IMG/VR virus record: IMGVR_UViG_3300043788_000049
Coordinates: 1-64,000 of that record
From: a virus
Length of the DNA stretch: 64,000 nt
Strand: one strand, 5' to 3'
In this document: piece by piece, positions 58,945 through 64,000 of the stretch
How positions within the stretch are numbered: the first letter of the stretch is position 1
Layout: every line of letters begins with the position of its first letter
Translations under genes and position numbers: made by a program
The notes under the pieces: generated by a model
The model's input: the letters and a program-made list of their open reading frames with translations, nothing else
Databases searched by the model: none
What the model was told of the DNA's origin: nothing

Positions 58945-59409
58945 TTAAAGGGTCTGGTCAAACTGTTTCAGGTTACTCGTTTGGATAATGTTAAGCAATT
59001 CAGCGGCATAGTGAATGTCCGTCGCATAGCCGCAGTCGTGGAGGGCCTGACAATACGCCTCGACGGTCGGGGCGTCGATGCAGAGCTGGTAGTGCGGTGT
59101 CACCAGCAGCGCCGCGTGCGCGTCGAAGCCCGCCTCGACCGTCGAGTAGTTCGCGAAGTTCTGCCATATCGCATAGACATGGCCGGAAGGCGTCTGCTCC
59201 TTGGTCATGCGCCGGGTGTAGTCGCCCGCCGCAACCTGCGCCACCGTGGCCTTGATCCCGAAGTAGTTGTTCGCCCCCGATGCGTATTTCCCCCATCCGC
59301 TCTCTAGCGCCCATTGCGCGATCGTGACCGAAACGAATGGGCCCCGCGGCCAGAACGTCTTGTGAGAGGCTTGGGCGGCCTCGATGATCTCGGCGGGAAT
59401 GTCTGTCAT
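58945..59409 (-). CDS. Endolysin, GH73 glucosaminidase/FlgJ-like
   Basis: IAQWALESGWG, NNYFGIK, GYATD..YA. Confidence 0.88.
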   Translation of the reverse strand: MTDIPAEIIEAAQASHKTFWPRGPFVSVTIAQWALESGWGKYASGANNYFGIKATVAQVAAGDYTRRMTKEQTPSGHVYAIWQNFANYSTVEAGFDAHAALLVTPHYQLCIDAPTVEAYCQALHDCGYATDIHYAAELLNIIQTSNLKQFDQTL

Positions 59410-60035
59410 CAGGCAGCCCTCCGAGACCACGTCGTCCTTAGTGCCATTTCGACAGCTTTCTGAGCTGCCATCCCTCTATAAACACGGCCATGCACAGTGC
59501 CATATTTTAAGGTGCAACCGGATCGTTCGAATATTTCGGGCAGCGTTAGCGCTTCGCCTTTATAGGGATGAAGATGCGAGACGGTGCGGTTGCGCGCTTG
59601 TTCCTTTACGGTTGCCCAGCGGCAATTCCCCGGCTCGTAGTTGCCGTCATTGTCGATCCGATCAAGCGATAGACCACGGGGCCTTTTGCCCATGTCTGCA
59701 AGAAATGCCTCAAAACTATCCCACCGCGAACAAATAACAATGCCGCGATCCGCATACCACTTGCGGTTCTTTTTATCGCTAATTTTTACGCGCTGACGCA
59801 TTGAGACCCATGCACTATAGGTAGTGGAGCGCTCGTTTCGCCTATTGTGGCCATGAGAGAGAGACCGCGCAGTTATGGCGCTGCGTGCGTAACAGCCGCA
59901 GGAAGTTGTATGACCACTCTTCACATGCTGGAGAGTTGTTTCGAATTCCTTTCCGCATTCGCATCTGAAAACGCCACGCGTGATGAATCCGCGACCGCCA
60001 GTCCGTGGCAATCTCTGAATCAGCAATGGCGTCAT
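59409..60035 (-). CDS. HNH-type homing endonuclease (SCGC family)
   Basis: CECG..SCGC..RGI.IC.RW.SFEAFLADMG..SLDRIDNDGNYEPGNCRWAT. Confidence 0.82.
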   Translation of the reverse strand: MTPLLIQRLPRTGGRGFITRGVFRCECGKEFETTLQHVKSGHTTSCGCYARSAITARSLSHGHNRRNERSTTYSAWVSMRQRVKISDKKNRKWYADRGIVICSRWDSFEAFLADMGKRPRGLSLDRIDNDGNYEPGNCRWATVKEQARNRTVSHLHPYKGEALTLPEIFERSGCTLKYGTVHGRVYRGMAAQKAVEMALRTTWSRRAA

Positions 60036-60475
60036 AGTCCCAGCCCCTCATGACTAATGAAACCTTGGCCAACTTGGTCGATCATGTCGACCAACTGCTT
60101 TGGCGCTTTCATAGGTGTGCAGGCGTTTGGTCCATCGATCCAGAAGATAACGCCTCCGTCTCCTATTCGAGCCAGAACGGCCTTATCGCCGGATGGAAAG
60201 CCGGCCCCTGTTTGTGGGTTTAGGATGTAAATGCCGCGCAAGAACTCCCATTGGTCTCTATTTAACTCAATCCAGGCTGTGCTGCCATTTGCGATAGCAA
60301 GCGCTTTAGCCTCTTCGATCGTCCTACAGGGGCCTCGTGGCGTCTGAGCCGCCGCCTTGTGCTGCATGTCGGCCATCACGAACAAGAGAAATATCACGAT
60401 GGCCAGGACTGCGGCGATGAGCCAGTCGGTGCGGCTGAGATCCTCGGGCTTCTTCCGATACTGCCGCAATGTCAT
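60032..60475 (-). CDS. Membrane-anchored hypothetical protein
   Basis: One N-terminal TM helix. Confidence 0.55.
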   Translation of the reverse strand: MTLRQYRKKPEDLSRTDWLIAAVLAIVIFLLFVMADMQHKAAAQTPRGPCRTIEEAKALAIANGSTAWIELNRDQWEFLRGIYILNPQTGAGFPSGDKAVLARIGDGGVIFWIDGPNACTPMKAPKQLVDMIDQVGQGFISHEGLGL

Positions 60476-61753
60476 TTACCCCCCCCAGATTGTTGCATCG
60501 GCGGTATAGTGGAGGAAGGCCGATGAGATGCTGGTGGTCGATCCATCGAAGAGAAATGAGGCTGTCGAGATATTGAATGGCGGCTGCGTGGCCGTGACGC
60601 CGGCCGTAAAGGCCGAACTGGTTTGCAGAATGACCGAAACCTTGTTGACCGTCCCAGCACTATCCCAATAGCTGACCGTGGGGACATTGCGCATCAGGGT
60701 CGGGAACATCACGAGGCCGGCATTGACGCCTGCGTTATTGGTGAGGGCCGGCCCTGCGATATTCAGCGTGGTGGCGGTCCCGGCGGAGCTTCCATTCGCA
60801 TAGCTCTGCGCCCAGAAGCGGTAATTCCACTGAATGTCGCTGGCCGGATCGCGAACCTCTGGAGTGGGCGGGCTCGCATTGAGGCCGATGGTTGCGCCAG
60901 GGGTGACGCGCGCATCGAAGCCGGCGTTGAGAGTGAACGTCTTGCCGGAAGTCGAGAAGTTATTGCCAAGATCCACAATGAACTCGTAGCCGGTGGTAGC
61001 TCCTGAATTGGCGGCAAAGGTGTAGGCTTCCGTGCAGCTCGTGTTGTTCAAGCACGCTTGCAGGTTGACCGAGGAAAGATCGGTTGTGGAGCCCGCCCAA
61101 GCTCCCCCTGCCGTAACCCCGCCATCCTGACCGCCTGTGGCGTATTTCGTCGTTAGGGTCGGCGTGATGGTCGCGCCGGAATTATTAAACCAGGGAAGTT
61201 GAAAGGTTACGGTCTGCCCCGCAAACTTTGCCGCCGTGTAGCTTTCGACAACGAACCGCAGTTTCACATCGGTTACGCTCGCTGCCCCGGTGACTTTGAG
61301 AGCGTTGTAGCCAAGAGAGCCAACCGGACCAGCAGACTGCGTCCAGGTCACGGCGGCGCCAGATGCGACGACAAAGACACCCTCGGCGGTCCAATCCGCA
61401 TTCCCCACGACAGTCGATGTCGTCCCGCTGGTTCCGTGGAACCATGCGGTTAGGGTGGCGTTCCGCAGAACGTTGGTGAAGCCCTCGGTGTTGCCGGCGA
61501 TCACCGCATTGCCGATGTTGTTGCAGCCGAAGGCTGACATCGAAGCCGTCCAGGTCAAGGCTTGAGCAGCGCCGTGGCAATCCGTCATCGTGAAGAAATG
61601 CTGGATGCCGGATTGGTCAATGCCGCCTGAAGGTTGCGAACCCGCAGTCCCCGACGATTGAAGGCGGTTGATGTAATCCTGCGCCGCCGCCGGCTCGGCC
61701 AGCAAGGCGAATGGGGAGCAAGCCAGAAGGAGGCCGAGGCGGTGAGGCTTCAT
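60476..61753 (-). CDS. Fibre-type beta-sandwich protein with signal peptide
   Basis: MKPHRLGLLLACSPFALLAEPAAA|QD; NVLRNA..W..G, GQTVTF, RDPASD....RFW, FPTLMRNVPTV. Confidence 0.6.
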   Translation of the reverse strand: MKPHRLGLLLACSPFALLAEPAAAQDYINRLQSSGTAGSQPSGGIDQSGIQHFFTMTDCHGAAQALTWTASMSAFGCNNIGNAVIAGNTEGFTNVLRNATLTAWFHGTSGTTSTVVGNADWTAEGVFVVASGAAVTWTQSAGPVGSLGYNALKVTGAASVTDVKLRFVVESYTAAKFAGQTVTFQLPWFNNSGATITPTLTTKYATGGQDGGVTAGGAWAGSTTDLSSVNLQACLNNTSCTEAYTFAANSGATTGYEFIVDLGNNFSTSGKTFTLNAGFDARVTPGATIGLNASPPTPEVRDPASDIQWNYRFWAQSYANGSSAGTATTLNIAGPALTNNAGVNAGLVMFPTLMRNVPTVSYWDSAGTVNKVSVILQTSSAFTAGVTATQPPFNISTASFLFDGSTTSISSAFLHYTADATIWGG

Positions 61754-62370
61754 CGGTTTGTCTGCGCAGTTGATTGGATCGTCGCGATTTGCGCCGAGGT
61801 CAGCCCAAGAGAGCTTTGGACCAAGGCCCAGATAGAGCCGCCGACCGGCCAGAACGCATCGCTATAGGCAATGTTCTGAGAGTTGGTCGTGTCCGGCGGC
61901 ACGGCGGCCTCGAAGGTTTCGAGCGTATAGCCCTGCGTCACGATCGCCCGCTTGGCTTGCCCCGAGGTAATGGGCAGCGTGTTGATCGTCGGGGCAGCAG
62001 CAGTGAACTGGATGAAATTGATTGGTGTCACGCCAACGATGATCGGGTTAGGCGTCGCGACCGCGAAGATCGCGTTGGCGTAGAGCAGGCCATTAGTGAT
62101 AAGAGTTTGTGTGCCCTGGACGACGTTGGAATCGCCATTAAAATCAATTGCTAACGTCCATGCACCAAGCTGCGCATTGTAAATTCCGTTCGTGGTCGCC
62201 GATGTATTTGCCCGGACGAGGATGCGGTCGCCGGCCAAAGTCTGATAACCATCGATCACGAGCAGACCGATCATTCCATTCGTGCGGTCCATTGTCGTGG
62301 CGGCCTGACAGGGCGCTTTGATCGCCACCTGATCGGGAATGCCGCCGAGAATATCGAGGGAGGTCGACAA
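61750..62370 (-). CDS. Tail fibre attachment/adaptor protein
   Basis: AIKAPCQAATT..IDG....GDRILV...T.NGIY....W..A.DF, typical of fibre N-termini. Confidence 0.65.
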   Translation of the reverse strand: MSTSLDILGGIPDQVAIKAPCQAATTMDRTNGMIGLLVIDGYQTLAGDRILVRANTSATTNGIYNAQLGAWTLAIDFNGDSNVVQGTQTLITNGLLYANAIFAVATPNPIIVGVTPINFIQFTAAAPTINTLPITSGQAKRAIVTQGYTLETFEAAVPPDTTNSQNIAYSDAFWPVGGSIWALVQSSLGLTSAQIATIQSTAQTNR

Positions 62371-62568
62371 GCCTGGACCTCAACCAATAGAGGAACGAGC
62401 CTGACGGATTACCACGGATAGCCGCTAGGGGCTACCGCCCCCGCGTATTGCGGGTGCCCGGTGGCGGCTTCGTGATCTTGACCACCTGGGGAGCCGAGCG
62501 GACCACGCGCCCGCTGGCGTCGCGGCGCACGATGACGACCTTGCCGGGGCGATGGCTGTAGATCGCCT

Positions 62569-62799
62569 TCACTTCTTCCCCCGCTCGGCCTCGATCCGGT
62601 GGACCTCGGCGATCATGTCGAAGATGTCGGGCTCCGGCGGGTCCTCCTCTTCGTCGAGCAGGCCGATATCCCGCAGATAGTCGTGGCTGACATAGGTGAT
62701 GCCGCCCGCCCATGGGTGGTTAAGAGCGTGTCCGCCTGCCGGTGTTTCGAAGGCGTCGACGAGCAAGCCTTGCCAGTTCGGAGGATCGCCAATGGTCAT
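62569..62799 (-). CDS. Small protein with a variant C-terminal motif
   Basis: Ends EPDIFDMIAEVHRIEAERGKK; ATGA-coupled to the large virion gene. Confidence 0.6.
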   Translation of the reverse strand: MTIGDPPNWQGLLVDAFETPAGGHALNHPWAGGITYVSHDYLRDIGLLDEEEDPPEPDIFDMIAEVHRIEAERGKK

Positions 62800-64000
62800 C
62801 GCGGAGCCGGAGTAAAGATGCGGGGCCAGCGGGAGGGTAGCATTTCTCCCGGTTTCCAGAAATACTGCTGGCCTGTTTCCTTCCTAAGTTTTTCAGCTTG
62901 CTGCCAGAACTCACGGTGCGCATCCGGGTCGGTCGCATACTGCGCCTGATCGAGGATCATCCGGTTGAACGCCGCGCGGATCGGCCATGCTGTCGCGGCG
63001 ACGGGCGTATAGCCTTGCGCAAATCGCCGCCCCGCCTTCGCGAAGACCTTGCGCCACGGCTGCTTCTGCGTGCCGGATTGCCAGTTGCGAAGAAGATCGA
63101 GGGCGCCCTGCCCGGCGTTGATGGGGAATGTGGCGACCGGCCCCGCCAGGGTTTCGAGCGGCCCTTGGCCGAAGGATGAAATGTCGGAGGTCAGGAAGTC
63201 GCCGAATAGACCGAAGGAGGCCGAGGTCGCCAGGGCGCGAACCCAGGTCGAGAAGCCAACGCGCGATGTAGGGTCCATAGGCAGCGCATCCTTGCCAGCG
63301 GCGATCTGCTTTAACTGGAGCGACATCATCCCCATCATCCAGAGGATCGGGATGAAAGCGGCGAGATAAGCGATGCCGTGCCAGTTGCTTCGGGCGAACT
63401 CGCGCTGGAGCCCGAGGGCTTGGGTGATCGTGTAGGTGCCAATGAAACCCTTGAACATGCCGAAGGATAGCGCGAGCGCTCTGGGCGCCCCCCCCGGCAC
63501 CGTGCCGCCAAGCATTGTCGCCGAAAAGCGCATGGAGTGTTGCGGGACGGCGACCTCTCGCTCGCCCTGCATATAGGTGTTGAGGTTGATCCCCACCTGC
63601 CGGGCGATCTCCTCGGCGGCCTCTTGGTCCTTGGTCGGATCGAGCGATGGGCGGCCATAGGCTTGCAGGACTTCCTGCGGCTTCAGGCTCCCAGCATCGG
63701 GAATGTCGATCGGCCGGAGCCACTTCGCGGAGCCGACCGATGGCTCATAAAGCTCGGCGAGCTGCATGACCTTCCAGTCGCGCTCATCCATCCCGTAGCC
63801 CTGGAGCTTCGTGCGCACGCGCTCAGGAAGCCCGGACCAGGACTGCTTGATGTTGTCGGCGAAGAAAGCCATGTGGCCGCGGAAGTTGGCGGCCTTGTGG
63901 GCATTGACGACCGGGATAAGGCCCGTCCAGTGGGTGGTGCGGTCGGGGAGCCAGCGCGACCAGTTCGCCGCCTTGGCGAGCGCGCCGGACTGGCGAGCGA
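62796..64000 (-). CDS. Large internal virion protein, C-terminal part (enters from the window end)
   Basis: L..YG....DW, FGMFKGF, QLKQIAAGKD..PMD, FGLFGDFL, LAGP, typical of BPP-1/epsilon15-like largest ejection proteins. Confidence 0.75.
   Translation of the reverse strand, partial: ARQSGALAKAANWSRWLPDRTTHWTGLIPVVNAHKAANFRGHMAFFADNIKQSWSGLPERVRTKLQGYGMDERDWKVMQLAELYEPSVGSAKWLRPIDIPDAGSLKPQEVLQAYGRPSLDPTKDQEAAEEIARQVGINLNTYMQGEREVAVPQHSMRFSATMLGGTVPGGAPRALALSFGMFKGFIGTYTITQALGLQREFARSNWHGIAYLAAFIPILWMMGMMSLQLKQIAAGKDALPMDPTSRVGFSTWVRALATSASFGLFGDFLTSDISSFGQGPLETLAGPVATFPINAGQGALDLLRNWQSGTQKQPWRKVFAKAGRRFAQGYTPVAATAWPIRAAFNRMILDQAQYATDPDAHREFWQQAEKLRKETGQQYFWKPGEMLPSRWPRIFTPAPR

Noticed and set aside
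60000-64000. Diversity-generating retroelement, expected given the BPP-1-like gene order
   Set aside because: No reverse transcriptase ORF, and I saw no TR/VR pair differing at adenines.
1-64000. tRNA, rRNA, CRISPR array, integrase, transposase, stop-codon recoding
   Set aside because: None recognised by eye; core genes are intact in the standard code. tRNAscan and CRISPR finders were not run.

Overview
This window is almost a whole GC-rich podovirus-type (BPP-1/epsilon15-like gene order) phage genome, probably from an alphaproteobacterial host (inferred from GC content, promoter style and gene families). It looks circularly permuted: a large internal-virion gene runs off position 1 and what looks like its C-terminal part re-enters at 64000. 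The minus strand carries TerS (31.1-31.9 kb), about 7 kb of small accessory genes, TerL, portal, scaffold, major capsid, a decoration protein, a glycosyl/methyltransferase cassette, tail tube A and B, a GNAT-like protein and ejection proteins. Across the wrap come tail-fibre-like genes, a GH73 endolysin, holin/lipoprotein genes and many membrane proteins. The middle holds a MoxR AAA+/HAD/VWA-metallopeptidase operon, a TylF O-methyltransferase, RecE/RecT, two DNA methyltransferases, VRR-NUC and an iteron-containing replication gene. I found no integrase, DNA polymerase, helicase, reverse transcriptase, tRNA or CRISPR array. Eight free-standing HNH homing endonucleases are present, most directly upstream of conserved genes. 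Most striking: (1) seven otherwise dissimilar small proteins share a C-terminal motif P[ND][LI][FIV]D[VILM][LI][DEA]E[LV], and six share an N-proximal motif H-x-x-x-V-[EQ]-x-I. The two arrays lie on divergent arms around the MoxR/VWA operon and may form a peptide-tag docking system. (2) The major capsid gene appears to start at ATC behind a structured 5' leader of about 210 nt. (3) A self-contained glycosylation cassette sits inside the head operon. All product calls come from motif recognition only; no database searches were run.
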